Source: Lama guanicoe (taxonomy: Eukaryota). Taken from it: 64,000 bases of DNA. The notes beneath the pieces were generated by a model, which was not told the DNA's origin, ran no database searches, and saw only the letters and a program-made list of their open reading frames with translations. Made by a program: the position numbers and the translations under genes. The stretch lies in contig MU056050.1 in assembly GCA_013239625.1 (NCBI GenBank), positions 4,659,366-4,723,365 on the forward strand, given 5' to 3'. This document shows positions 26,000 through 39,266 of this stretch, piece by piece. The stretch's first letter is position 1, and each line of letters opens with the position of its first letter.

Positions 26000-26940
26000 T
26001 CTCCCTAGCTTCATGATGTTGGAGGGCTCCAAGACTCATTTCTTACATCCTTTTTTGCTCTATCGAAACTAACTTTTTGATGATCACATCCAGTTTCCAA
26101 AGCCTTTAATATCAAATGTTATCTCTAGGCTAGGTCTTTTTCCTCAAAGCCAGACTTTTGTATTCATTTGTCCACTCAATATCTCCATGTTGATATCTAG
26201 TTAGCATCTTAAATGTAATATGTTCAAATCCAAACTCTTGAGCTCCTTCTCCAAATCTATTCCACTTGCAGTTTTTCTGTGTCCATGAATGAAAACTCAA
26301 GCCAAAATACTTTGGAGTCAAAGTTTTACATTCTCTTTTTTCATACTAAGTCTCCAAAATTTGGCATGTATTTTATACTGACATCACATTTCAGTTTCAA
26401 CTATTCACATTTCAAGAGCACAATAACCACGTGCGGTCAGTAGCTATTGTATTGGACAGTGCAGATCTAGTTCTTCATTATTTCTTTGTCCTCATCTCCT
26501 GATACTTTCCCTCTCACTCATTCAGCTGTAGTACTTGCTTATCTAACACTCTGGGAAGTGCTACACTCGCTATGCCTTCTGCCTAGAATGTTCCTCTCCC
26601 AAACACCCAACTGTATGTTTCACCTCCTGTATGTCTTTGGTCAAATATTACCTTCTCAGTGAGGAACTCCCTTGACTACTCTGTAAAATTGCAGTGCCCC
26701 CTGGACTGTCTAGCCTCCTTTCAGGCTTTATTCTTATGCATGGAACTTATCAATGAATCAATATTGAATATCATTTACTTTTTGAAGATTGTTTAACTCT
26801 ATAGACTAGAATGTAAGTTCCAACGGGCAGGGATTTGTTTTGGCTCTTTTGGTTTATTGCTGCTGTATCTTCAGTGCTTTGAAAAGTACCAGATACATAG
26901 CAAACAAAATTATTGAATAAAAGAATTTATGAATAAGCAA
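26000..26940 (+). mobile_element. L2 3' remnant with an embedded MER3/MER33-like hAT fragment (~26345-26465)
   Basis: L2 motifs (tagactagaatgtaagttccaacgggcaggga, ttgaataaaagaat) and a MER3-like cacatttcaagagcacaataaccacgtg...tattggacagtgcag. Confidence 0.65.
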
Positions 26941-27194
26941 ACACAATTTAGACCTTAATACACAGCAATGACAACTAAATCTGGTTTGACATACTCTGAG
27001 GTGCTTACCAGTGACCTCAATAAAATCATTTATTCAGTAAATTCTTTAAAAATCACTACAGGGTACTAGAGGTAGGAGATACAATGGGAATCTAAGAGAA
27101 ATTACATCTGCCTTAATGGACTATACAGTCTAGTTAGGGAGATGGTCATTAATCAAGCAATCACTCAGATTTTTAATATTTACAAACATTGTAA

Positions 27195-28305
27195 AGTGCC
27201 ATGCAGTTGGAGTACTATTCAGCAATAAAAAAGAACAAACTATTAATACAACAGTTTGGATGAATTTCCAGGTAATTATACTGAATAAAAAAAAATCCCA
27301 AAAGGTAACATCGGCGTGATTCCATTTGTGATACATTTTTAAACGACAAAATTATACAAATAGTGACTAATTTGCAGTTGCCAGAGGGTAGGGAGATGGT
27401 GAAGGTGGGAGGGAAGTGGGTGTGGCTATAAAAGAGTAACAAGAAGAAGGCTTCTGGTGATTGAAATATTCTCTATCTTGGTGTCACTGTTGATGTTCTG
27501 ACTTTGCTGTTGGTTACAGGACCCAGCGGTGAGGCAGGGGAAGAATCACAGGATGGGAAATGTACAAAAAGTAGCCAATGTTCAATTCACAAATCATTCT
27601 GTTAATTGCACCCAAGTAGCATGCAACACAGGTTGGTCAGAGTAGGGGGAACAGAATGTAGGGTGAGGAGTCACTCCAAGGAGAAGTCTGTAGAGGAAGG
27701 GTCTCCACACAAGCATGGGTCTCCAGGCCGGACACGGGTGTCACAACAAGTGTGAGCAGGAGTCGCCCTCTGCTCCCACAGGACCTGCGGCAGCGACCCT
27801 CTGAACAGCTCTCAGCAGCGTGGGGCCCAGCCCTCCCGTGAGGAGCCTTCAAGTCGCTGGGCTCCGTGGTCCCTTTTCAGGAGTCCGTCAGTCGGGTGTA
27901 ACAGTTCCACCCCATGGGGGGCTTGTCTCTATCAACTGCTCCTGTCCTAGTGCAGTCTTTCTCTGGTTGTTGCCAAACAAATCCCTTCTCTAAAGTAAGA
28001 CTGATTTATCCCTCTAAGACACTCGCAGTCCTATACCGGACGTTTCAAAACAACTAGCGTGGAAGTTCACAGTGGCCACTGAGACTCCAGCTGCAGTTAC
28101 CTAACAGCTTAAACCCTGTAAGCTTCACACAAGATGAGTAGGAATCATAACACAAAAGAAATCAAATCATAAGACTATTTTACTATAGTCCTATAGTTTT
28201 GCAAGATGGTATGATTGGGAGAAACTGAGTAAAAGGTACCCAGGAACTCTCTGTATTATTTCTTACAATTGTGAAGGCTCTATAAATATCTCAAAATGAA
28301 AAAGA
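27195..28305 (+). mobile_element. L1MC-type 3' end split by a ~0.68-kb insertion
   Basis: gagtactattcagcaataaaaaagaac...gtgggtgtggctataaaag...|...ctatagttttgcaagatgg...ctctctgtattatttcttacaa. Confidence 0.75.
27508..28185 (-). mobile_element. Probable solo LTR, relatively GC/CpG-rich
   Basis: Interrupts the L1MC 3' UTR, starts tgttgg, and differs in composition from its flanks. The family and TSD were not resolved. Confidence 0.5.
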
Positions 28306-28761
28306 AAAGTACAGGGTGCTATGAAAGCGTAGAATAGATCTGGTGAATCAAAAGGACTTTCTTGAGGAGGTGATGTTTGGACTTAAATAGGAATATGAAT
28401 AGGCGATAACTCAATATGGGTGAGGGGGGAATTTTCCAGCCAGTAATATTCCGTTGTACTGTGGAGGATAAATTAGGGGGAACAGTGGTTGATGTAGGAA
28501 AATAGATGGCTATTCTAGTAGTCTAGGCAGGGAATAATGGTAATTTGGTCTTAGGTAATGTCAACTGTGATGATAATTAAATGGACTCAAGAGCTATTCA
28601 GGATGTGAAATAAAGTGACAGAAAAGCCTTAAGGATAGATGAAAATGAGTTGTTTTGATTTATTTAATAAAAATATTTCATGTATTTTAGTAGCACTGCA
28701 AAACATTAGGTCATTGTAATTCTGAAAAGGTTGTAAATAACCAGTACAGCATAATACATAC

Positions 28762-28828
28762 CTTTCAGAAATTACTTTGATTTGCAACACATGATATTTG
28801 CACAAAACACTAATGGATGCCAATTCAC
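28762..28828 (-). other. Candidate 67-nt exon (phase 1 to 2: (G)ELASISVLCKYHVLQIKVISE)
   Basis: tattttctttgccttatgacag|GTGAAT...TGAAAG|gtatgt. Only one frame is open. Confidence 0.35.
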
Positions 28829-31553
28829 CTGTCATAAGGCAAAGAAAATAGTTGTTACATGTAAATCTTTTCTTTCCAACAAGTACTCAACATACACCTC
28901 CAGAGAAAAATGAAGCTCTATCAAAATCATCTGTATGTACCCATTCACTCATGCATCCTTTCAACATATTGAACAGTAACTATATTCAGACATTGAACAT
29001 ACAAAGATAAAAAGACTTGGGTCTTATCAAAGCTTAGTCTCTGGAGGCCTTCAGACCTGAGATTGAAATTTGGCTCTGTGCTTAATATCACCATTTTGTT
29101 AGGTAGATTACCTGTATTCTTGTCATTAGTTTCCTCATCTTTAAAATAGAAAGAACAATATTACCTACTTTATAGGATTTCCGTGTTGCTACATTCAAGT
29201 ACTAGGTTACTATCAGCCTGGTCATCTCTGTTAGTTGAAGGTAGAATACTTCTTTGTCTTTGACACACTATACTTCACTAACTTCTGGGAAATAACTATA
29301 TCTTGGTTCTCCCAATAACTCTGAGTTATTTCTCCTGTTTCTTTGTGGATCTATTTTCTTATCTATTCCTTAAAAATTAATTCATCTGTGGCCCTGCCGT
29401 CAAAACACTGACTGCCTCTCTCTATGCATTCTCCCCAGGACTCTCATGAAAGCATATGGTTTCATCAAAGCCATAGCAGCTATGAATGTAAAGTCTGTAT
29501 CTCTAGCTCCATTGCTGCACTGACACTATATTCAGGCATATTTATTAAATGTCTGCTGGAGATCTCTTCCTGATTTTCCAAGTCTTCTCAAATCAAACAT
29601 GAACAATACAAAATTCATCATCTTACCTCCGAAACTTGCTCTACTCTATTTATTTTCTATCTTCCCTAAATGTCACAAACACACCACCCAGCCATCCTAG
29701 ATAGAACCTGACAATATCCTTGCATTGCCTTCCCCTCAAAAAATAATATTGTGAAATACTTTAGATGCACAGAAAAGCTTAAAGTATAATATAAAAACCA
29801 CTCATGTATCAGCTTTGTCATGACTTGAATTTTTGCCATATTTGTTTTAGGTTCTTGTTTTAAATAAACAAATCCTCAGAGATACACATGTAGGTGCATA
29901 CTTCTGAAGTACCATTTTCCTCTCTTCCTCCCTAGAAGTGACCACTATTTTGAATTTAGTATTCATGACTTCCAAGAATGTTTGTGTACATTCATAACAC
30001 TAATGTATTCAGAACCATATGTATCCATATACATATTTTGACTATATACACTATTTAAACTTTAATAAATAGAATGATCCTGAAGATACATATCTACAGT
30101 TTGATGTTTTTGTTCAAATTTATAATTGTGATATTGATCCATGTGCTTTGAATCATTTTTATTGCTTTATAGTATTCCACTGTAGAAGCATACCATTATC
30201 TTTGATTGAAATTTGTTTTCCTTTTTCTCTTTTACTACAAGTGCTAAAATTTTTATTCTTAAAAAATGTCTCCATGTGTACATGTATAGGAACTTTTCTA
30301 AGGCATAACTTGGAGTGCAACTGCTTGGTATGTTCACCTTTATCATTACTATCTATTTCAGCTCCTTTTCCAAAGTAATTTGTACCTGTTTATGCACTTA
30401 CCAGCAGCATGTCTCATTTTTCCACAATCTCCCAAACACCTGATATTCTTGGATTTTACTTCTTTTCTTTTAATCTAATGTGTATGAAATGTTGTCTCAT
30501 TTCTTTCAATGTACATTTTCCTGATTTCTAGTGTATTTGATCATGTTTCCATACATGCATTAGCCACCCAGGTTCCTTTTATAAATTACCAGTGTACATT
30601 CTTTGGTCTTTCATTTTGAATTTTTGTGTTTTTCTTAGTCTTTTAGTATTTTGTGATATATATATATTTTATCATTCTAAATATAACCCTCTGTCTGATA
30701 GATGCATTACAAAGAATTCTCCCAATTTGAGAGGTGTTTTTCTAATTTTGTTTAGACTTCCTTATTGTACAGAAGTGCCTAATTTTAATATAGCTAAATG
30801 TGTTACTCTTTTTTTAAAGATTTAAGTATTTTTTTGTGTGTTTTGTATACAAAATCTATTCTTACCCTGAAATCAAATATATTTTCTCATTTTTTCTTTG
30901 TAAAAGTTTTGGACTTTTGTTTGTCATATCTACATCTTTATTCAATCTGTGGCTTATGTTTGCTGTTTAAAATATGGAATAAATATATTTTCTTAGGTAT
31001 AACTTATTGTCCCACTACCGTTTATTTAAAGGTCCATATTTTTCTGTACTTATTTGTAGTACCGCTTTCTTTTACATATCAGGTCTTTATAAATGTATGG
31101 GCTCATATTGTATCCACTGGGTAATGTCTATCCAACAAGGATAATAATGCATTTCCTACAAAATATTTATAATACCTTGATATATTGCAGAGCACATCCC
31201 CTTGTTTTTCAAAATTATATTATCTATTCTTGATATCGTGTACATCCATATAAATTTTAGAATCTGCATGTCAATTTTCATGACAAAAAAATCGTTTTTA
31301 GAATTTTGATGGAAATTGTATTGAATTCATAAGTCATTAAGAGATTATTGTCATTTATGCTGGTTTGTTTTCTCTTCCAAGGCCATGATATAAACTCCAT
31401 GTAATTAAGTTTATTTTATAATTTTCATGTCTTGTTTATGACTTATGCAAAAATATTTTGTCAAATTTTATTGGGTTTATTCCCAGGCACTGTATCTTTT
31501 TGGTTGCCATTATAAATGGAAACTTAAAAATTCATTTTTAATTGTTTATTCTT

Positions 31554-32090
31554 TGTGCAAAAGGGGATCAGACTATGCCATCCCAGAATATGCCTCTTTG
31601 GCACAAGGATTATTTTGAACTGATTATTTTTAAAAAATAGTAGCCACAGGTGAAGCTCTGAAAATGGAGTAGAAGTTACCCTTTTGTAAGAGACATTTAT
31701 TTATATTTATAATGGAAATTTCTATCTGTAAGTGTGTCTCCCTCTCTGTACCAGGAAGAGGAGGATGATTAAAACTACAGAAACTTTTTATCAATGGAAA
31801 GGACAAGGACTTAAATATGCATAACTACCTTGCCCTTGTTTACTATGCTTTATTTGATAATCTCCCAGGCCTCCCTCCCTACCAGCATCTTTTGTCTTTA
31901 GCTGAAGATGTTATTTAAAGTGGTGGTTTGGGCAAATTTGGGGGAGTTAACTCAGTTTTCCTGGGTATCGCCCATGTATATAGGAGGTATGCATGTTACT
32001 AAACTTCTGTTTCTTTTCCTCCTGTTAGTCTGTCTTCTTATTACAACAAGGTCTTAGTCAAGAACCTAGACTGTTAGAGGGAAAATTATA
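31554..32090 (+). mobile_element. Solo LTR of the same family as 16442-16978
   Basis: Shared blocks agaagttacccttttgtaag, ccttgtttac, aggtatgcatgttactaaacttc and aagaacctag. Confidence 0.8.
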
Positions 32091-32149
32091 GGAACACAAA
32101 TGAGTTTTTGGTACTGATCTTTGTATTCCTCAAGTTGTTATTGTGGAGG

Positions 32150-32540
32150 AAGGAAAATGATATATTCATACAATGAAATACTATTCAATCATTAAAAGAA
32201 ATGGAGTACTGATGAATGCTACAGCATATATAAACCATGAAAACACTTTGTTAAGTGTAAGAAGTCAGTCAAAAAAAGCCACATATTGTATGACTTCATT
32301 CATAAGAAATGTCCAGAATAGGAAAATCTATAGAGATCAAGAACGTATTAGTGGTTGATGGGGGTTGGGGATAGCAGAGTATGGAGACTGCTAATAGATG
32401 TGGGGTTTCTTTTAGGGTGATAAAAAGCTCTGGATTAAATATAAGTGATGTTTGACAGCTCTGTGAGCATACTAATAAACAGAGTTCCATATTTAAAAGG
32501 GTAGATTTTATGGAATGTGAATTATATCACAAAAAAAGGA
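32150..32540 (+). mobile_element. L1MB-type 3' end
   Basis: aatgaaatactattcaatc...cacatattgtatgacttcattcataagaaatgtccagaatagg...tggaatgtgaattatatc. Confidence 0.8.
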
Positions 32541-33549
32541 AAAAGTATGTAATATGGGTCTCACAGATCTTGCCAATGAAACTCTCTGGGACTGGTGTGT
32601 GTTTGTGTTCGTGTGTGTGCACACCTTCTGTAGACTGTAAATTACCAATCAGGTTCTTCATTGGTTATAATTCTATTCACTTTTCCATTTTATATTGTAT
32701 CAGTTTTGGAAAGTTATTTTCAAAGAAATAGTCTATTTCATATAATTTATTGGCATAAAGCCATTCATAGTATTCTCTTATAATATATTTTCTTATTATA
32801 TGTTATATTTTATTTAGCCTTTCTTGAAATTTATAGTAGTAGGTTTTTCATGTTATCTAGTCTGTTTTGTTGCCAGTAGTGGAAGGCCATGCCAAAATTC
32901 AATTACCCATGTGTCTGAACAACATTTTATCAAGTCTTTCTTTAAGGCATCTCCTTCTCTACATCCATAATAATATTGGAATAGTTACAGCTTTCATAAT
33001 CTTGTTTGTCAATTATTGCATTATTTTCCTAATGAATTTTCTTGCTTTCAATCTTTTAATTGTTACATTTCCTTACACATCTACCAAAGTGCATTTATTC
33101 ATTCAGTGGGTACTTATTATATGCCCACTAAGGTGAATCTGAAATGAAAATTGCTTTGTTTAAAACTTTTGCTTAACCTTTACAAGCCCACCAACAACAT
33201 AAAAGATAATATTATGTGCCTTTCATGATTTAGCCTCTATTTAATTTTCCAGCCTCGTTTCCTACCACTCTCTGTTTCATGCTTCATGCTTCAACAATAC
33301 TAAACTACTTATAACCGTTTGTCCACACCATACTACTACTCATTTCTATGCTTCCACTCATGTTTCTTTGCCTGGTTTGCCCGACCCCTTCAGCGTTATG
33401 TCTATGTACTGAGCTAAGTCCTACTTATCTTTAAAGGCTTCACCCAAAGGTCACTTCCTCCAAAAACACTTTCCTGAAGTCCTTCCCTATCCACAGACCA
33501 TGTTTTATTTCTGTACTTTCCTAATAGCATGCATACCTCTCACTGGTTA

Positions 33550-34193
33550 TGTTAGAGCAGGCAGATGATTAGATATGAGCAGAAAAGGGGGGATGCAGCC
33601 TAAATGGCAGGAACTGGCCAAAAAAGAGGGGAATGGGCCAAATGCAGGAAACCCTACATCGTGTAAAGAACAAGGGTCCCTGGACAGAGAAAGAAAAGCA
33701 GGAACCTCTGGGCTGATGAGCAATCATGCATTTTGGGGTGACAAGTGGCCTGAAGGCCAACAAAGAAAGGTGAGAAAAGGCAGGAATCTCCAGAGTCCAA
33801 ATGTAACCTTTTGCTCATTATGCCCTCATTTCAATAAAATTAGCCTTGCAGATTAGAAGTACCCATCATGCACCGACACCATCTCACTTCCAAAGCAGAC
33901 TAAATAAGGACAAAAATCCCTCCTCCCTTTGGGAAGGTGGAGTTAGGATGAAAGTCAGGGAATATGACCCCAAACCTTTCCCTCCCCAATGAATATCCTG
34001 CCCATTCATTTTTACACTCTGTGTAACCAGAGTGCCAAACAAACTCAGGGCAGCCACTCACCTGAGCCTGCCCGCTCTCCCCTTGAGAGTGTACTATCTA
34101 TCTCTTAATAAATCCTCACTTTACATTCTTAACCTCCGTGTCTTGTCCCTGAATTCTTTCTGTAGTGAGACAAGAACCTAGTCACTGGCAACA
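33550..34193 (+). mobile_element. Young ERV1-type solo LTR, copy A
   Basis: tgttagagcagg...ggcaaca with AATAAA, flanks GTTA/GTTG, homologous to copies B and C. Confidence 0.92.
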
Positions 34194-34957
34194 GTTGCAC
34201 TCTCACATTGTTTTGTAATTATGTGATTCTATGTCTCTTTGTCCCTCCAGAATTTAGAGTCTTTGAGGGCCAGATACGTGTCTTATATATTGTATTACAA
34301 ATGTCTAGCATGGTACTTGATATGTAGAAAGATGTTAATGCATATTTGTTGAATAAATAAATGAATAAATGATTGGAGAATAAACTTAATTGATGTTGAA
34401 GTAGATTTATTAAGGAAAATAAGGTTGAAAGTTAGTTTGGTGCCAGTTTGTACAGGGCTTTGAATGTAAGCTGAGTATGGTGTCAGTTTAGTGTGAAGTT
34501 TAGAAAATTAGAGATTATTCAGTTCTCTGACTTCCACAAACCTTAACTATTCCTCTTTGTTCAATGATGTATTTTAAGAAAACATTATTATTAATTTTCA
34601 GTATATACTCATCATTCATTACTTTACATCTATGCACATACTACCTTTATGGGTATTCAGCCCATGAAGTATCTATAAATAAATATAAACCTTTTAAAAT
34701 TTACTACCATGAAAGTTGTGATATAAGCAATGTCTGGGAGGGGAAAATTTCACCCCACCCCTCTTGAGTTCTTGTGGCTGGGCTAATAATAAAATCAACA
34801 CAAAACAGATTAACAGGAGAAAAAGAAATTTTAATTCATGGACACAAAATTCTCATAAAAATGGGACCTAAGATGTGGCCAGAGCAGACAGCTTTTATAT
34901 TTTTTAGACAAAGAAACAATAAATTTGTGAGGAATTGAGAAGATAAAGAAACTTGTA

Positions 34958-36252
34958 TGAAACCAAGCAGGATTCTGTGGGGCCCTCCAGGTACAAAAGC
35001 CCCTCTGTGTCTCCCATTTCTTGTTTGTAAAAAAAAAAGCCTTTAATCTCCTAGGCCTTCCCTGAGGTCCAAAGAGCAGACTTAAGCAGTTGCTAAGTAG
35101 GGAAGTGAGGGAATGCAGAAACAAAGGAAAAAGAAATAATACTTTAGAGCTAAAACAGAGTTCTAGTTCCTCTTCAAGTGATATACACAACACTCTGACA
35201 CATACCTTTGTGTTGTTCTGCAGAAACCAAGATTCCCCCATCCAGGTGGAGGGAGGTGACTACATGCTGACTACAAACATCTAGACCTCAGGCTGATTGT
35301 GTTAGAGCAGGCAGATAGCTAGATATGAGCAGAGAAAGGGGGACACAGACCAAATGGCAGGAATTGGGCAGAAAGGAGGGGCACAAGCCAAATGCAGGAA
35401 ACCACACATCATGTAAGCACCAGGGGTCCCTGGGCAGAGAAAGAAAAGCAGGAACCTCTGGGCTGATAAGGGATCACACATTCTGGGGTGATGAGTGGCC
35501 TGGAGAGGAACAAAGATGAGAAAAGGCAGGAATTTCCAGTGTCCGAATATAACCTTTTGCTCAATATGCCCTCATTTCAGTAAAATTAGCCTTGCAGATC
35601 AGAAGCACCCATCATGCACCAACAACATGACACTTCTGATCCAGACTAAATAAGGACAAAAATCCCTCCTCCCTTTGGGAAGGTGGAGTTAGGATGAAAA
35701 TCAGGGAACATGACCCCAAACCCTTCCTTCCCCAATGAATATTCCACCCATTGATTTTTACACCGTATGTAACTAACTTGCCAAAGAAACTCAGGGCAGC
35801 AGCTCACCTGAGCCTTCCCACTGTCCCCTTGAGAGTGTACTATCCATCCTTTAATAAATCCTCACTTTAACACTTTTTAACCACTACGTCTTGTCTCTCA
35901 ATTCTTTCTGGGACAGGACAAGAACCTGGAACACCGGTTGCATCCATCAGCAACAATTGGAACCAGAAGGCTGATGATTAAGATTCCTGAAACATCACCC
36001 TGTTACCTCACCATCACCAGCCAATCAGAAGAAAGTCCATGGATGGATCATGCACCCTGCAAACTTCACTTCTAATGCTGCCTTAAAACCCTTCCCTGAA
36101 AGCCATCAGGGAGTTCAGGTCTCTTGAAAGTGAGCTGCTCTTTCCCCTTGCTTCACACCTGCAATAAATTCGGTACTTTCCTTTACCTCAACCCGGTGTC
36201 AATAAATTGGTTTGCTGCATGGCTGGTGAGCCGACCCAAGTTCAATTGCTCA
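34958..36252 (+). mobile_element. Solo LTR D, inserted in E and itself interrupted by copy B
   Basis: tgaaaccaagcagg...ggctgattg|B|gaaccagaagg...aataaattcgg...gacccaagttc. The sequence reads continuously across B once the TSD is removed. Confidence 0.7.
35300..35955 (+). mobile_element. Young ERV1-type solo LTR, copy B
   Basis: TG...CA ends and a perfect 4-bp TSD ATTG at 35296-99 and 35956-59. Confidence 0.93.
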
Positions 36253-36416
36253 ATTAGAGAAGAATCTAAACAGAGTTCAGGCTTGAGGTAGTAACGAAGT
36301 AACAAGGTTTGTTTAAACAGGCTTCTCAGCCCAAATTCCCTATCACTGGCCGTAAGTGTGTTCTAGTTCCTGGAGCAGGGAGTGCACCTTTCCACATGAG
36401 ATTTATTTCGTGCTTT

Positions 36417-37057
36417 TGTTGCCCGTGACTAAGTTCTTGTTTCATCACAGAAAGAATTCAGAGATGAGACACGGAGGTTAAGAAAGTAAAGTGAAAATTT
36501 ATTAAGGGATGGATCGTACACTCTCAAGGGGAGAGCGGGCAGGCTCCGGTGAGCAGCTGCCCTGAGTTTGTTTGGCACGCTGGTTACATAGAGTGTAAAA
36601 ATGAATGGGCAGGATATTCATTGGGGAGGGAAAGGTTTGGGGTCATATTCCCTGACTTTCATCCTAACTCCACCTTCCCAAAGGGAGGAGGCATTTTTGT
36701 CCTTATTTAGTCTGGATCAGAAGTGTCATGTTGTCGGTGCATGATGGGTGCTTCTGATCTGCAAGGCTAATTTTACTGAAATGAGGGCATAATGAGCAAA
36801 AGGTTACATTCAGACACTGGAGATTCCTGCCTTTTCCCACCTTTCTTTGTCGGCCTCCAGGCCACTCATCACTCCAAAATGTGTATTTCTTACCAGTCCC
36901 AAGGTTCCTGTTTTTCTTTCTCTGTCCAAGGACCCCTGTTGTTTGTATGATGTGTGGTTTCCTGCATTTGGCTTGTTCTCCTCTTTTTGGCCAATTCCTG
37001 CCATTGGCCTGCGTCCCCCTTTCTCTGCTTACATCTAGCTATCTGCCTGCTTTAACA
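36417..37057 (-). mobile_element. Young ERV1-type solo LTR, copy C (inverted relative to A and B)
   Basis: Reverse complement of the A/B family, with a perfect 4-bp TSD CTTT at 36413-16 and 37058-61. Confidence 0.93.
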
Positions 37058-37263
37058 CTTTAAGGGAGACAGGAGGGTCAGAGTGCTTCTCTTCCATTGG
37101 CCATTTCTTAAGTAATCGTAATTCAAAATAATATGCCATTCAGTATAATATTTGGGTGTGGCCTGCCCTGAATCCCAGTAGTGCCAAATGCCATAAAGGA
37201 AAATTTTATAAGATTTTTTAAATCTCTTTCAATCTAAATAACCTATTAAAATGTATCATTATC

Positions 37264-38195
37264 TGTGCTATTGTGATTTATAAGAAGTATATATTTGGTC
37301 ATTCAAATAACTAAAATACTTTTTTCATATATGTTTGGACCTCTTCTAATAGTTCCTGACTCACAGTTCTTAAAACCCGTGGAATTTCCTGAGCAAAAAC
37401 AGCAATGGGAGGATCTTTTGTCATAGTATTTGGTCTATAGTCCTCAGTTCCTGAAATAGCTTTAGAGCCATAAAGGTGAAATGGGTGTATTGTTATTCAT
37501 AACAAGCCCCTTTCTACTACTGGGTTTGTGTTAATGAGGTGACTTGGAAAACACCTAAGGGTAGGGGCTGGTTACCAGGAAAACCAACCTTGAATAGAGT
37601 GTTGGAACTTTCGACATTTATGGAGAGAAGAGGGGTTGGAGGTTGGATCAAACACCAATGGTTCGTGATTTAATCAATCACGCCTATGTAATGAAGCCTC
37701 CATAAAAACCTAAAAGGACTGGGTTCAGAGAGCTTCCCAGTTGGTGAACATGTGAAGATTCAGGGAATGCGGCACACCTGGAGAAAGCATGGGAGCTCCA
37801 CCCCCTTTTACTATGCTTTGCTCCATGCATCTCTTCCATCTAGCTGTTCCTGAGTTACATTCTTTTATAGTAAGCCAGTAATAGTGTAAGTAAAATGTTT
37901 CTCTGAGTTCTATGAGTTGCTCTAGCAAATTAACTGCGCCCAAGGAGGGGGTTGTGGGAACCTCCAATCTACAGCAGGTCAGTTGAATGTACAAATAACA
38001 ACCTGGGGATGTGATTGGCATCTGAAGTGGAAGGCACTCTTGCGTGACTGAGCCCTTAACCTGTGGGATGTGATGCTGTCTCTTGGTAGAGAGTGTCAGA
38101 ATTGAGTTGAATTGTAGAAAACCCAGCTGGTGCTGGAGACTTGTTTGGTGGTGTGGGGAAATCTCCACACACACATTGGAGTTGGTTCCAGAACA
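37264..38195 (+). mobile_element. MER21-like solo LTR
   Basis: tgtgctattgtgatttataag...atcaatcacgcctatgtaatgaagcctccataaaaacc...ctgagcccttaacctgtggga...gtgtcagaattgagttgaattg. Confidence 0.8.
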
Positions 38196-39266
38196 TTTAT
38201 TATCATAATATTATTTAAGTGTTAACTATAAATATACATCAATATATATTTCACAATATTATTGAAAAAATACTGTGTTGCTTTTTTTAATGGATGGATA
38301 TAAAGCTTCTTATTTGTATTGTAGAGTATTTTCTTATAGAGTATTATGATTTTTATTTGAACTCTCATTTAATTCATCATTAATTTTCATAATGTTCTAA
38401 GGGATTCTGTTTCATTCGAGGATTCTTCTGATAAGCATTATATTAGAAGACAATAAGGAAAAATATTCCCTAAGCAAAGCTGCCCTTCCATTTAGTTCTC
38501 CACTCTGAAAGCTAATTTCTTTTCTTTATGGATTGATGACTGCAAAACAATTGTGTAGTTATAGTAAAACTCAGTGGATGTCAATAGATCTAAATTTTCT
38601 ATAAACTCTTGATTATCTGAAGGCCAATTAACAAGTTTGCAGTTATAAGTGGCTGTAGCTTGTCTCCGGTCTCTAGCTGCCTACCCTTAGGGCTCAGAGC
38701 TACTTCTCAGCACCTCACAAAGTAGGCAGGAGGGAAGAAAAATAAGGCAATTTGGCTCCTCGACAATATCTTTGGAATAATTGGATTTGGGGAGGAAGAT
38801 TCAAAACAGAATGTGGCAAGTTACAAACATAGAGCTCCCATTTGTTGTGAATACAGGTTCACAGCTCTGCTGCGTTCCAGAGGCTAGGTCAGTGGGTTGC
38901 ACAGAATGCACAGATGGTTCTAGAGTTGGAGGTATTCTATGCTGAAATTCTAAAATTTGAACAGAATTCAGAATTGTCTCTACCACATATTTGCCCATGT
39001 GCACTAGCCAATAATTATTAATAAGAATTATTATAACAATGTATAGTTATGAGGGTACATATATGCTTTTTAAATGAGTCTTGGCTTATGTATTAGAAAA
39101 AAGGGACTTTTGCAAAGCTCAGTAATAATTATTGGTCCCATGTTTTAGTTGAGAACATTGAAGAATGTTCAAAAAAGAGACATTTTGCCACAGCTTTTGC
39201 TCTGAAACAGCATTTGTCAGATGGGGGGCCTGGGGAGCCAATCTGGATGGCAAGAAAGGATTAAAT

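Larger units (their letters stand above)
29740..32800 (-). mobile_element. Ancient L1 (L1ME-like) remnant with nested insertions
   Basis: T-rich antisense L1 motifs (ccatataaattttagaatc, ttttgatggaaattgtattgaat, attataaatgga). Confidence 0.65.
34731..37180 (-). mobile_element. Host LTR E (related to the 13980 LTR), split by later LTR insertions
   Basis: Shares cagattaacaggagaaaa and the terminal motif with the 13980 LTR, and resumes at about 36253 and 37062. Confidence 0.65.

Noticed and set aside
34831..35241. 136-aa ORF
   Set aside because: It spans the junction of nested LTRs and is spurious.
37725..38174. 149-aa ORF, the longest in the window
   Set aside because: It lies wholly inside a MER21-like LTR and has no protein motif.
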